From NCBI GenBank assembly GCA_965209055.1, contig OZ242374.1, positions 2,144,001-2,208,000 on the forward strand: a stretch of DNA of 64,000 bases. Direction: 5' to 3'. Positions 37,749 through 47,033 of this stretch are shown here, one piece after another. The DNA is from Acidobacteriota bacterium (GTDB lineage Bacteria > Acidobacteriota > UBA6911 > RPQK01 > JAJDTT01). Numbering within the stretch: position 1 is the first letter of the stretch; the number at the start of each line of letters is the position of its first letter. A model generated the notes under the pieces. It was given only the letters and a program-made list of their open reading frames with translations, searched no databases and was not told where the DNA came from. A program made the translations under genes and the position numbers.

Positions 37749-39374
37749 ATGCGCGCCCTCGGACGAATTCCGCTGTTTGGGCTGGGAATCTTGTTGTGCC
37801 TCGTCTCCACCGCCGGATCGGCCCGGGGTCAGGCCGAGACCCGGATCAAGGAACCGCCGGGCCGCTTCGACGGGACGGGGCACATCGTCACCGGCGACAA
37901 GCTCTCCGCTTCCAAGTACGTGAAGGGGACCTCCATCGAGGGCTCTTGGGCGGTGTTGCCGACGCCGCCTCTCGAGATCGGGAACCGGCGCCAGTTGCTC
38001 ATGGACGGCTACGTCGTCGAGGACCTGGCCGGCTGCCGGAGGGTGGTCCATCGGCCCCGGCGGCACCCGGAGAACCCCCTCATCACCGGCGGCGCCTCAC
38101 CGGACCACAGGCAGACCCACGTGGTGAGCACTCCCAGTGTCGTTTACGACCGGGAGCGGGGCCTCTACCGCATGTGGGCCAACGGCTACCGGATGTATCG
38201 CACCGCAGGCCAACACTTCGGACTCTATTTCGAGTCGCGGGACGGATTGACCTGGACGGCGCCCGACCTGAAGCTGCCCCGGATCGAGGGCCTTTCGGCT
38301 CCCAACATCTTCTTCACCCAGCCGGGACGGAGCGCCTCCATCGCGGTCACCGAGTTGCCCGCCGAATGGCGCCGCAAGGGGCGCTATCTGCTGGCCTACC
38401 ACAGCGGAGAACTGGGCCGGAACCCCGCCACCCTGCAGATGCCCGGAGGAGGAATGGAGGTCCGGATCGCCCTGAGCGAAGACGGCATCCACTTCCGGGA
38501 CCAGGAGGAGAACCCCATCTTCCGGGGCCAGAGCGACTGTGAGAACCAGATTCTCTACAACCCGGAGCGGAAGGTCTTCATGCTCTACCGGAGGCCGCCC
38601 ATCAATGCCAGCCGAATCCGGAAGATCGCCTATTCGGAAAGCTCCGATCTCGTCAACTGGACCCAACCCGCCGTGATCCTCAGGCCCGACGAACTGGACC
38701 CCTCCTCGTTCTATGGAATGACGGTGGCGCGCTACGAAGGGCTCTACCTGGGATTTCTGGAGAATTTCTACTACAAGCAGCCGTTCGACGTGGAATCCAA
38801 GCCGGCCAAGCACATGCAGATCGACATCCAGTTGGCCTGGAGCCGGAACGGCATCCACTGGGAGCGCCATCCGTCCCGTCCTCTCTTCCTGGAGACGGGA
38901 CCCGCCGGCACCTACGACTGGGGCATGGTCTTTCCGCCGGTGGGCCTGATTCAGCGGGAGGACCGGATCGACTTCTACTACGTGGGGCGCGAGCAGCTCC
39001 ATGTCCGCATGCCGGGCAACTCGCACATCTGCCTGGCCACCCTGCGCAGGGACGGCTTCGTCTCCATCGAGGCGCCCCAGGAGGGGTTTCTCCTGACCCG
39101 GCCCCTCAAGCACCCGGGCGGACGGTTGCACATCAACGCGAAAACTTCCGCCGCCGGCTCCATCCGGGTGGCCGTCCGGAATGGAGACGGCGAACTGGAC
39201 GGGCAATGGCTGCCGGAGTGGGACTACGACCGGTCCCGCACCTTCACCGGCGATTCCACCGACCACGTCATGGTCTGGAATGAAATGGAGGACCTGGAAT
39301 CACTCAATGCAAAGAGTATCCGCCTCCAATTCTGGCTGCGAGAAGCTCATCTCTTCTCGTTCTGGTTCGAGTAG
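37749..39374 (+). CDS. Secreted beta-propeller glycosidase-like protein (paralog 2)
   Basis: SRDGLTW, SEDGIHF, SRNGIHW, LRRDGFVS. Confidence 0.75.
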   Translation: MRALGRIPLFGLGILLCLVSTAGSARGQAETRIKEPPGRFDGTGHIVTGDKLSASKYVKGTSIEGSWAVLPTPPLEIGNRRQLLMDGYVVEDLAGCRRVVHRPRRHPENPLITGGASPDHRQTHVVSTPSVVYDRERGLYRMWANGYRMYRTAGQHFGLYFESRDGLTWTAPDLKLPRIEGLSAPNIFFTQPGRSASIAVTELPAEWRRKGRYLLAYHSGELGRNPATLQMPGGGMEVRIALSEDGIHFRDQEENPIFRGQSDCENQILYNPERKVFMLYRRPPINASRIRKIAYSESSDLVNWTQPAVILRPDELDPSSFYGMTVARYEGLYLGFLENFYYKQPFDVESKPAKHMQIDIQLAWSRNGIHWERHPSRPLFLETGPAGTYDWGMVFPPVGLIQREDRIDFYYVGREQLHVRMPGNSHICLATLRRDGFVSIEAPQEGFLLTRPLKHPGGRLHINAKTSAAGSIRVAVRNGDGELDGQWLPEWDYDRSRTFTGDSTDHVMVWNEMEDLESLNAKSIRLQFWLREAHLFSFWFE

Positions 39375-39389
39375 GAGGGGAAACCCCAA

Positions 39390-41114
39390 ATGAAGAGAGT
39401 GAACCTGAACCGACGCCGTTTCCTCAGCCGGACGCTGGGCGCCGGCGCCCTCGCCTCTGTCTCCCCGGGTCTTCACGGAGCCGCGTTGTCCGCACCGTCC
39501 CCCGGCCGGCGCAGCCGAATGCGCTCCCTTGACGCCGTTGCCGACCGGCAAGTCACGGTCTGGCGGCCCCAGGGGCGCTTCACCAAGAACCCCGACCTGA
39601 TCCGGTTTCCCGGCGGGAAGCTGATGCTGGTCTACAACGACTGCGACGCCCACTGGCCGCAGGAGACGACCCGGCTCACGATCCTCGAAAGCCATGACAA
39701 TGGAAAGACCTGGGGGACTCCCCGGGTCGTCTCGGAGGCGGACCCTCGAAAGGGCGAGGAGCGCTGGGTGACCCCGCGGATCAGCCGACTCAGCGACGGG
39801 CGGCTGGTCATCATCTGCGACCAGAACGACTTCAGCCACATCCACGAGGACCAGCCCCCCGGGATCTGGAGCTGGTTCAGTTCGGACGAGGGGCGGACTT
39901 GGAGCGTGCCCCGGCTGACAGGGGTTCCCGGTTTCGAGCCGGACCGGATCGTGGAGCTGCCGGACGGAACCCTGCTCATGGCCTCCCAGATCTTCTTCAA
40001 GGCCACGCGCAAGATCGGCGTCCTGGTCATGCGCTCCACCGACGGCGGGATGACCTGGAAAGACCGGAGCATCGTCGCGGCCGACACGGTCCACCATCAT
40101 TCGGAAGCCGCCATCGTGGTCCTTTCCGACGGCTCCCTCGCCTGTGTGCTGAGGGAGAGCAACCATCACGGCTATCCCTCGTACCTCTGCTTCTCCAACG
40201 ACGGGGGCCGGAACTGGAGCCGGCCCGAACCCATGCCCTTCGCGGGAGACCGTCCCTACGCCAAGCAACTTCCCGACGGACGGGTCCTGGTCACCTACCG
40301 GAACCGGTCGGGGAACCGGGGCACCCACGCCTGGATCGGAGATCTGCGCCGCAATCCCGGATTCCAGCCGGGCGGAGTCCACTACCACGACCGGGTCAAG
40401 CTCGAATCGGGGGAACTGCGCGTCGATGACGTTCCCGGCGGCGTGACCCAGTACATTCTTCTTCCTCCCGAGAACTTCCGGAGCGACCTGTTTCTGGAAG
40501 CGGTGCTTCGAGTTGAGGGCCCACCCGATCAGCCCGTCGCCTCCTTGGAGATCGGCCGTCTGGAACGGAGGCTGGACGTCTGCAGCAACGGCCTCCGGCT
40601 CTATGCGCCCAAGCGGGACCTGGGACCCGACCGGGCCAGCGGCGGCCGCATCGACCTGAAGCACGAACTGGACATGACGAAGCCGAGAAACGTCCGGCTC
40701 AACGCCTGGAAGGGACTGTTCACCGTCCAGGTCGACGGCAAGGTGGTCATGAGCCGGGCTCTCTACAACGACTTTCCGCTGCTGGAGACGTGGTTCGGGC
40801 GGGCGGAGAACGGCAAAGGCACGAGCTGGTGGAGCCGCGCCGCCTACCAGGTCAGCAACGACACCGAGCCGCATCACCAGTGGGAGTGGCGGGCCGACAG
40901 CGGCGAGCATCCCGACCAGTACCAGTTGGACCACATGCTGGAGCTCCACGCCAATACGCCTTCCGCCACCCACCGGCCCGACAACGGTTACTCCTCCTGG
41001 GTGGAGCTGGAGGACGGACGGATTTTCATGGTGGACTACAGCAACCGGGGCGACCCCCGGACCAAGGCCCATCTCTACGGGGTCTATTTCTCACCCGGGG
41101 ACTTCCTCACATGA
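39390..41114 (+). CDS. Tat-exported sialidase-family (BNR/Asp-box) protein
   Basis: RRRFL; Asp boxes SHDNGKTW, SSDEGRTW, STDGGMTW, SNDGGRNW. Confidence 0.8.
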   Translation: MKRVNLNRRRFLSRTLGAGALASVSPGLHGAALSAPSPGRRSRMRSLDAVADRQVTVWRPQGRFTKNPDLIRFPGGKLMLVYNDCDAHWPQETTRLTILESHDNGKTWGTPRVVSEADPRKGEERWVTPRISRLSDGRLVIICDQNDFSHIHEDQPPGIWSWFSSDEGRTWSVPRLTGVPGFEPDRIVELPDGTLLMASQIFFKATRKIGVLVMRSTDGGMTWKDRSIVAADTVHHHSEAAIVVLSDGSLACVLRESNHHGYPSYLCFSNDGGRNWSRPEPMPFAGDRPYAKQLPDGRVLVTYRNRSGNRGTHAWIGDLRRNPGFQPGGVHYHDRVKLESGELRVDDVPGGVTQYILLPPENFRSDLFLEAVLRVEGPPDQPVASLEIGRLERRLDVCSNGLRLYAPKRDLGPDRASGGRIDLKHELDMTKPRNVRLNAWKGLFTVQVDGKVVMSRALYNDFPLLETWFGRAENGKGTSWWSRAAYQVSNDTEPHHQWEWRADSGEHPDQYQLDHMLELHANTPSATHRPDNGYSSWVELEDGRIFMVDYSNRGDPRTKAHLYGVYFSPGDFLT

Positions 41115-42646
41115 CCTCGCGTCCGGCACGGGGCTGGTTGTTGGCCGCCGGCCTGCTCTTCTGCGGGCTGTTTTCGACGGGCTTCCCGGTTCCCTCCGAA
41201 GTGCGGGAAGTGGGAAGCGAGCTCCAGCCCCTCTGGGACGACTGGCTGATCGAAAGCCTGGAGAACGTCCGGCATGTTCTTCACCGGCCGGAGCCGCGGG
41301 AGGTCGTTCTGCGGCGCGACCGTCCCTGGGAGGACCACGCCATCTACAACCCGGTGGTCATCAAGGACGGATACCGGTACCGGATGTGGTATCGGGCCCG
41401 GGCGGTGGAGAAACCGATCCTGACCGCCTACGCCGAGAGTCTGGACGGGATCCATTGGGTGAAGCCCAAGCTGGGCCTCATCGAGCACGACGGGTCGAAG
41501 GAGAACAACCTCGTCTGGCCGGTGCCCGGGGGCATCGGCCGGTCCGTCTCCGTCGTCAAGGACGGAAACCCCGAGGCGGACCCTCAGGAGCGCTACAAGG
41601 CCATCACCAACCAGGGGACCAAGCTGCCTTCGGGCCGGGAGATCGCCCTGCTCTACGGCCTGGTCTCCCCCGACGGCCTGCGCTGGCGCATGGTCCGGCA
41701 GGGACCCATCGTCGTGCCGCCGCTGGGAGACGGAGCCTTCGATTCCCACAACATCATCCTGTGGGACGAAGCCCGGGGGTGCTATTCCATCTACGCACGG
41801 GGCTGGTACCGCCGCGGAAGCAGGCCGCTGGACGGAAAGACGGTGGGCAGGGGACCCTACCATGTCCTGATTGGGCGCCCCTCGGGATTGGTCGAGAAAA
41901 TCAGCCGGATCCGGGACATCCGCCGTTTCACTTCAAAGGACTTCCGGGACTGGTCCGAGCCCGAGTACATCGGTCTCGGCGAGACGCCCCTGGAGCACCT
42001 CTACAAGAACTCGGCCGTGCCCTACTATCGGCGTCCCGACCTGATCCTCATGTTCCCGAAACGGTATCACCCCACCCGGAAGTTTCACGCCGACTGGCCG
42101 GCGCCCGGACAGTCGGAGGTGGTTTTCATGTTCAGCCGGGACGGCGTGAATTTCGACCGGCGCTTCATGGAGGCGTTCCTCCGGCCCGGCCCGAACCCCT
42201 TGAACTGGCATGAACGGGCCATCCAGGTGGGCCCGACGCTGGTCCCCACGGCACCGGGCGAGATGTCCCTGTACTACGCCGAGCAGGGCAAGACGGACCA
42301 GGTCCGGATCCGCCGCGCGGTGCTTCGTGAGGATGGATTCGTGTCCCTTCGCGCTCCCTACCCGGGAGGCGCCGTTCGAACCCGGCCCCTCGCGTTCTCC
42401 GGGTCGAGGCTGTTCCTCAACTACTCGACCTCCGCAGCCGGAAGCATCCGGGTGGAGATCCAGGATGAGGCGGGCAATCCGTTCCCGGGCTACGCCTTTG
42501 AGGATTGCCCGGAGATCTACGGGGATGAGATCGAAGGGGAGGTGAAGTGGCGGGATGGAGCCGGAGTGGAGAAACTCGCGGGCCGAACCGTCCGCCTCAA
42601 GATCTCCATGAGAGACGCTGACCTCTACTCCCTGCGTTTCCGGTAG
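41111..42646 (+). CDS. Secreted beta-propeller glycosidase-like protein (paralog 3)
   Basis: ATGA overlap with the sialidase; homologous to 34415-35974 (FDSHN, MFPKR, RRFMEAFLRPG). Confidence 0.75.
   Translation: MTSRPARGWLLAAGLLFCGLFSTGFPVPSEVREVGSELQPLWDDWLIESLENVRHVLHRPEPREVVLRRDRPWEDHAIYNPVVIKDGYRYRMWYRARAVEKPILTAYAESLDGIHWVKPKLGLIEHDGSKENNLVWPVPGGIGRSVSVVKDGNPEADPQERYKAITNQGTKLPSGREIALLYGLVSPDGLRWRMVRQGPIVVPPLGDGAFDSHNIILWDEARGCYSIYARGWYRRGSRPLDGKTVGRGPYHVLIGRPSGLVEKISRIRDIRRFTSKDFRDWSEPEYIGLGETPLEHLYKNSAVPYYRRPDLILMFPKRYHPTRKFHADWPAPGQSEVVFMFSRDGVNFDRRFMEAFLRPGPNPLNWHERAIQVGPTLVPTAPGEMSLYYAEQGKTDQVRIRRAVLREDGFVSLRAPYPGGAVRTRPLAFSGSRLFLNYSTSAAGSIRVEIQDEAGNPFPGYAFEDCPEIYGDEIEGEVKWRDGAGVEKLAGRTVRLKISMRDADLYSLRFR
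42596..42646 (+). repeat. 51-bp direct repeat copy 1 (3' end of the propeller gene)
   Basis: 44/51 identical to 56783-56833. Confidence 0.85.
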
Positions 42647-42811
42647 GAGGGGGGACATTCTTGTCCCCCGTTCCTCATCACTCAAGGAGCGGGGGATTTC
42701 CTATCCCGACTGTTCCACAGTCAACAACTACCAAAGGTTAATTTTTTCAATGGATTACCGGGTTCTTCGCCGAATCGGTAAAGTGGTTGACTCCCAACGT
42801 TCGACGTTCTG

Positions 42812-42830
42812 AACAGGCAACAAACAGGCA
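42812..42830 (+). repeat. Putative integrase arm-type site (left)
   Basis: GGCAACAAACAGGCA at 42816-42830 is identical to 55766-55780; internal 11-bp tandem; ~110 bp inside the left core. Confidence 0.65.
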
Positions 42831-42908
42831 GCAGGATTCGGCTCGTCAAAGCCGCGACATCCTTCTTCGTTCCGATCAGCCCTACCGGACAGAACCGCTT
42901 AATATACT

Positions 42909-43088
42909 TTATACAGATCTAATCCAATCCCAGAGCGTCGCCCGCTTTCTCCCGCCAACGATCCGGCGACATCTCATCCGCCCGCCACGCTTGGAGGCGA
43001 CCTGTTCCAACCGGGGCTTTGTTTCCTGAAGACAGCGCCGGTAGAAGTCCTCGACCCTCACTAGCCGGGACTCGTTCTTCCTCTTCAT
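42909..43088 (-). CDS. Small basic protein, possible excisionase (may be decayed)
   Basis: 59 aa, very basic, GRMRCRRIVGG wing-like motif; GGGAG SD; lies at the element end. Confidence 0.3.
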   Translation of the reverse strand: MKRKNESRLVRVEDFYRRCLQETKPRLEQVASKRGGRMRCRRIVGGRKRATLWDWIRSV

Positions 43089-43173
43089 GCTCCCGGTCGG
43101 TCTGTTGGAACTCCCCGCTGCCGTCCAGTTTGCTGGACTTGTGTGCAATGGCGGGCGCGATCATCCTTGGGGA

Positions 43174-43548
43174 TCATCTCGAGCATGCGTTATAGACTCT
43201 ACTCAATTCTTCGCTCCAACACCTGAGCTCATCGTCCGCATCGCGGCCCAGCAATCGGGCTAACGTGAAAAAGCCGGGTCCGGGTCTCCCATCGCGCTTG
43301 TTCACGACCACGGCGGAGAGCATCCCTCGGCCTGCTTCATTCTCTTCAGTCGAGATATCCTCGATCATCTGTGCCAAGCGAGGGTCATGGGGCTCGAGAG
43401 TGCAACTCTTAATCTTTTTGTATGCGAGGTCTGAATAAGTAATCACCCTGGCAGCCTGAGCCACAGCAATCATGGCTTCGCGAGCTTCTTTCTTCGCCGC
43501 GTTCCAGGCGATTTCAGTAAATCCATGATTGAAGGTTTCACGCTTCAT
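43174..43548 (-). CDS. Conserved hypothetical (ITYSDL..LSAVVV..PGxGFF domain)
   Basis: AGGGAG SD; 124 aa; motif pattern recalled from restriction/HNH-associated N-terminal domains. Confidence 0.65.
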   Translation of the reverse strand: MKRETFNHGFTEIAWNAAKKEAREAMIAVAQAARVITYSDLAYKKIKSCTLEPHDPRLAQMIEDISTEENEAGRGMLSAVVVNKRDGRPGPGFFTLARLLGRDADDELRCWSEELSRVYNACSR

Positions 43549-44081
43549 GTGCTTCTCCCTTCTGGCAGATCGGACGACTGTCTCGGGGCAGCGTCCATTG
43601 ACGGCCCCTTTCTCTTGATACCCTCCCCCCCGATGAGCGTTTACGGTAACGGACTGAACCGGCAATAATTCGCGGCCCCCGCCCCGGCTTGCAGGATGCC
43701 CGTAGCGCTTCCGGATCTGGCACGCCAGTGCCAAGAGTCGGGCCAATTCGCCGGTCCCGGACCGACTTCGCCCGCTCCCGAGAAACGAGACGCTCTCAGG
43801 AATCCTGTGTTGGCTTAGCGCGTCCGGACTGCGGAGTCCGCAGCACTGGGAACGCTGTGGGACGGTCACTGAAACCGTCTGGCGCCGGAGGGACCGTAGA
43901 TTACCCCCAAGCTGCCAACGTGACTTTCAAGCGAGGAAGGCGAATAAGACCCAAGTTGTCGAAGAAGCAGAATCACCTACCAATGAAGCCTGACTGAACC
44001 GCCTCCACCTAATGCTTGGTTGTCAGCTTGACTTCGTAGGTTGTGTTCCGCTCCAAGTCTGCAAATCAGCATATGGCCTAA

Positions 44082-44318
44082 CTAACCGACACGGACTTCT
44101 TCGTTGTCCAAATGTGATTGCACAATCGCCCCATTATGATCAGCCACGGCCTTTTCTACGAGCGACCTAAAGTTCATTGCGTCGTTTGGATTGTCGAAGC
44201 TTACTCTGCATGAATAACGGTAATCTACCTTTGTTACCGTCTCTGTCTGGCTTAGCTTTGCCTTCCCAAGCCCCGGTATGCCCAATTCGATCTCGGATTT
44301 TTTTTCTTTGAGGCTCAC
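44082..44318 (-). CDS. Hypothetical protein
   Basis: 78 aa, lower GC; same frame as the upstream ORF. Confidence 0.45.
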   Translation of the reverse strand: MSLKEKKSEIELGIPGLGKAKLSQTETVTKVDYRYSCRVSFDNPNDAMNFRSLVEKAVADHNGAIVQSHLDNEEVRVG

Positions 44319-44324
44319 GGCAAC

Positions 44325-45098
44325 TCACCCGAGTCTTTCGACCGCTTTTTGGCCTTCGTTTCCAGTGTGTACTACATGGAACAACACACCCGGTGGATGT
44401 TGCACAATGACGCCAAGAGGGGTTTCCGAAAAAAAAGCGGAGGCCATGTCTTTTTCATACTTGAGACGCGCCCCTTTAAACATCTCGGAAGTGGTCGGGC
44501 TTGGCAGTCTTCGTATCGCTTCAGATAGCTCATTGCTTCGCCCAGTAATTTCCCCAACGATGTCGTAGTTGTTCGCGGCGAACATAAACGGAATAGGCTT
44601 CATCGAAGATTGAAAACCATAGCTTCTTGGGCTGTTTTTGATATGCCAGCGAGTTTGGATGCGATCAGTATCCGTTTGCCATCCGACGTAAATGTGTGTA
44701 GAGCAGAAGTGGGTATTATGATGATGGAACGTGAGGACCGTCGACTCTGTAAGCCCTTGGTCGTCGCCCTTTCCTTCGATCGAATGTTGATGGGGAGAGA
44801 AATTCTGATAGAACCAAGATGATCCGCCTGACGCGCCGATTCCACCGACGATATCCAACAAGGCATCTTCCACATTATCTGCTGGACCTACGACGGGCGT
44901 ACCCTTCGGGACACGTTCCTGCAAGATAGCCCTTCTTTCATTCACCAACGCGATAAGCCCATTTTCCGTCCTCCCACCTATCGCCAAGGTGACTCGTTTA
45001 CTGAACGGGCGTTCCCCTACGTCCACGACAGACGGCACATCAGGCTGCTTCGATGAGAACCGTATGCTAGCCAAGGTTTTTCTCCTTTCTTGGCACAA
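44325..45098 (-). CDS. Hypothetical protein
   Basis: 257-aa ORF in a lower-GC segment; start uncertain. Confidence 0.55.
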   Translation of the reverse strand: MCQERRKTLASIRFSSKQPDVPSVVDVGERPFSKRVTLAIGGRTENGLIALVNERRAILQERVPKGTPVVGPADNVEDALLDIVGGIGASGGSSWFYQNFSPHQHSIEGKGDDQGLTESTVLTFHHHNTHFCSTHIYVGWQTDTDRIQTRWHIKNSPRSYGFQSSMKPIPFMFAANNYDIVGEITGRSNELSEAIRRLPSPTTSEMFKGARLKYEKDMASAFFSETPLGVIVQHPPGVLFHVVHTGNEGQKAVERLG

Positions 45099-46411
45099 GC
45101 AAGGTGCAGTGTAGTCCCTCCAGTCAGCCCGTGGAGGTCCCCAGATCGATCATGTTCCCCATTCTATCATTGGGGGTGCAGCGCTTGGGGCAGTTTATCC
45201 TAGCGGATCGTAGCGTCCGTGGTCTCCACGGGCCCTTCCCTAGGGATCAATGAGAAGTGAGCGACTCCAAACAGGGAAAATAGTATATCAGCCCAGCCCG
45301 ATGGGGAAGTGCTGTGGGTGCCGCCGTCCCTCAGTGGAGCGCTACCCCCTCATGTCCTATGCTGGTCTGGTTCCCGTACAGGTGTTGGCGGCCATGTGAA
45401 AGTACAGGAAAAGTGGCCGTCGAAAATGCCAAGCCTCAAGAGTGTGACAGATTGATGGCTGGACCGCAGGATTTGCGTGTCCGGGAGGGAGGCCGGCGGG
45501 GTCCATTGGCAACCGTTGACAAAAGTAGAAGAGCACTCCATCGGGATGCCCATCAGCGACTCTACGACTTGGGGGTCGACCAAGTCGTCGGGATCGAGGG
45601 ACAAGGAAGTTCCGCCGTATCGATCCGGGAGTTGAAGGACTACTCCGTCTGCTGGCATCCAACCCCAGCGCTCCCTTCGTTTCTGTGGGAATGTGTCCAT
45701 GAGTTTCGAGCAAGCGGATCCGCAAGGACGGGCAACACCAATTCCTATTGAGGACAAGGGGTCCCAGGGAAGGTTTCCCCGGCAAGAGCTTTCATAGAGG
45801 GAAAGCAGGCCTCGCCCCATTCTCTCCCGTCACGGGCCAGGAGCACAAAAAGTATCTCTTGTATTTCATATCGTAATTGTAGGGAAACGTACGGCTTGTG
45901 AGACGTCCCCGGAGACCCGCGGGTCTCCAGGGCGTGGCTGGCCGGCCGCGAGGACCGGGCGCTGGAGCAACCCGAAACGGTCCGGCGCCACTGGGTCAGG
46001 GCCTCCGGCCCCAAGGTTGGCACACGGGATCGTTCGACGGCCAGAGAGTCCGCCAGGATCAAACGCGCCGTACTCATGGCAAACACGGCCGTCGTCAATT
46101 CCTACGGCGGCGTGCCGCCCGCGTTGAAACGGGCCATTGTTGTTGGGGAACCGTTGGCCAAGGGCTGTTCCTTCGGAGTCGTGATTGACGGCGACTCGAC
46201 TTGGCGGTCGATACGATTGCTGGGGACTCATTTCGGAGGGGCACAAAAGGACTTTCGCGCCCGATCCGGGATGTGAATGGGACATAGGGGGTGGATTCAC
46301 AAAAAGCGGTCCCGGTGACTCACAAATGCACTCTCCCCGATCTTGTTTCCTTTCAGTCAGTTACGGCCCAATTTCCGGCCGCCGGGTGGCCGCACGAGGA
46401 AAATGGAGGTG

Positions 46412-46509
46412 GACGGGAGCGACCCCCCCTTTTTGTTGCCCGGTGCGGGCGCGGGGGTGTTGCGCAATTCACATTTGCGCAGCACCCCCTGGGGGGGGTC
46501 GCTCCCGTC
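46412..46509. other. Branched palindromic structure (candidate origin or structured RNA)
   Basis: 18-bp perfect IR enclosing a 5-bp hairpin and a 15-bp hairpin. Confidence 0.75.
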
Positions 46510-46817
46510 TCAATTATCCCTGCCGGGAAGGCTCCAATAAGGCTGGCTCTGGCAACCCGTGTAGTCAATCCTCTATGGGCCACCGCAGGCCACCGGTCTT
46601 GCTGATCCGGGGTGGAAAGTGGATCTGGTTGAACGCTCGATCTGGAATGGGAACCAGGACTTCGTTGAAGCGCTGGAGCAGAATGCCGATAGACAAATGA
46701 GATTAGCTGACCTTGGCGATCGGTGACGAATTGGGAAAGGTCCAAGTGGTACTCCGCCTTGCTCCGGTGAGCCGAATTGGCCAAGATTGACGTTTGACAT
46801 CAACTGTTACGAGTCGC

Positions 46818-47002
46818 TTGCGGGTGCTAAGCGCGAAAGACGCGAAGTACGGCTTCGGCCGACTCATCGACCTCGCCCGCGCAGCGCCCGTCACAGTGAC
46901 CAAGCACGGGCGGTTGTCGTAGTGCTCTCGGTCTAGGAATATGAGCGGCTGAAGGCGCTCAACACACCTGAGACGCGCCCGGGAACGGTGGAACGGGAAT
47001 GA
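46818..47002 (+). pseudogene. Phd/YefM antitoxin pseudogene
   Basis: LRVLSAKDAKYGFGRLIDLARAAPVTVTKHGR, then a frameshift, then VVVVLSV*EYERLKAL. Confidence 0.8.
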
Positions 47003-47033
47003 CGTGGGACAGAACCGGAGGCCGCTGAACCGG

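Noticed and set aside
21108-41072. Long antisense or alternative-frame ORFs (e.g. 22536-24926+, 27549-30116+, 35490-38066-, 39300-41072-)
   Set aside because: Shadows of well-supported genes in high-GC DNA, with no motifs
44325-44327. Selenocysteine TGA
   Set aside because: No evident SECIS hairpin or redox motif
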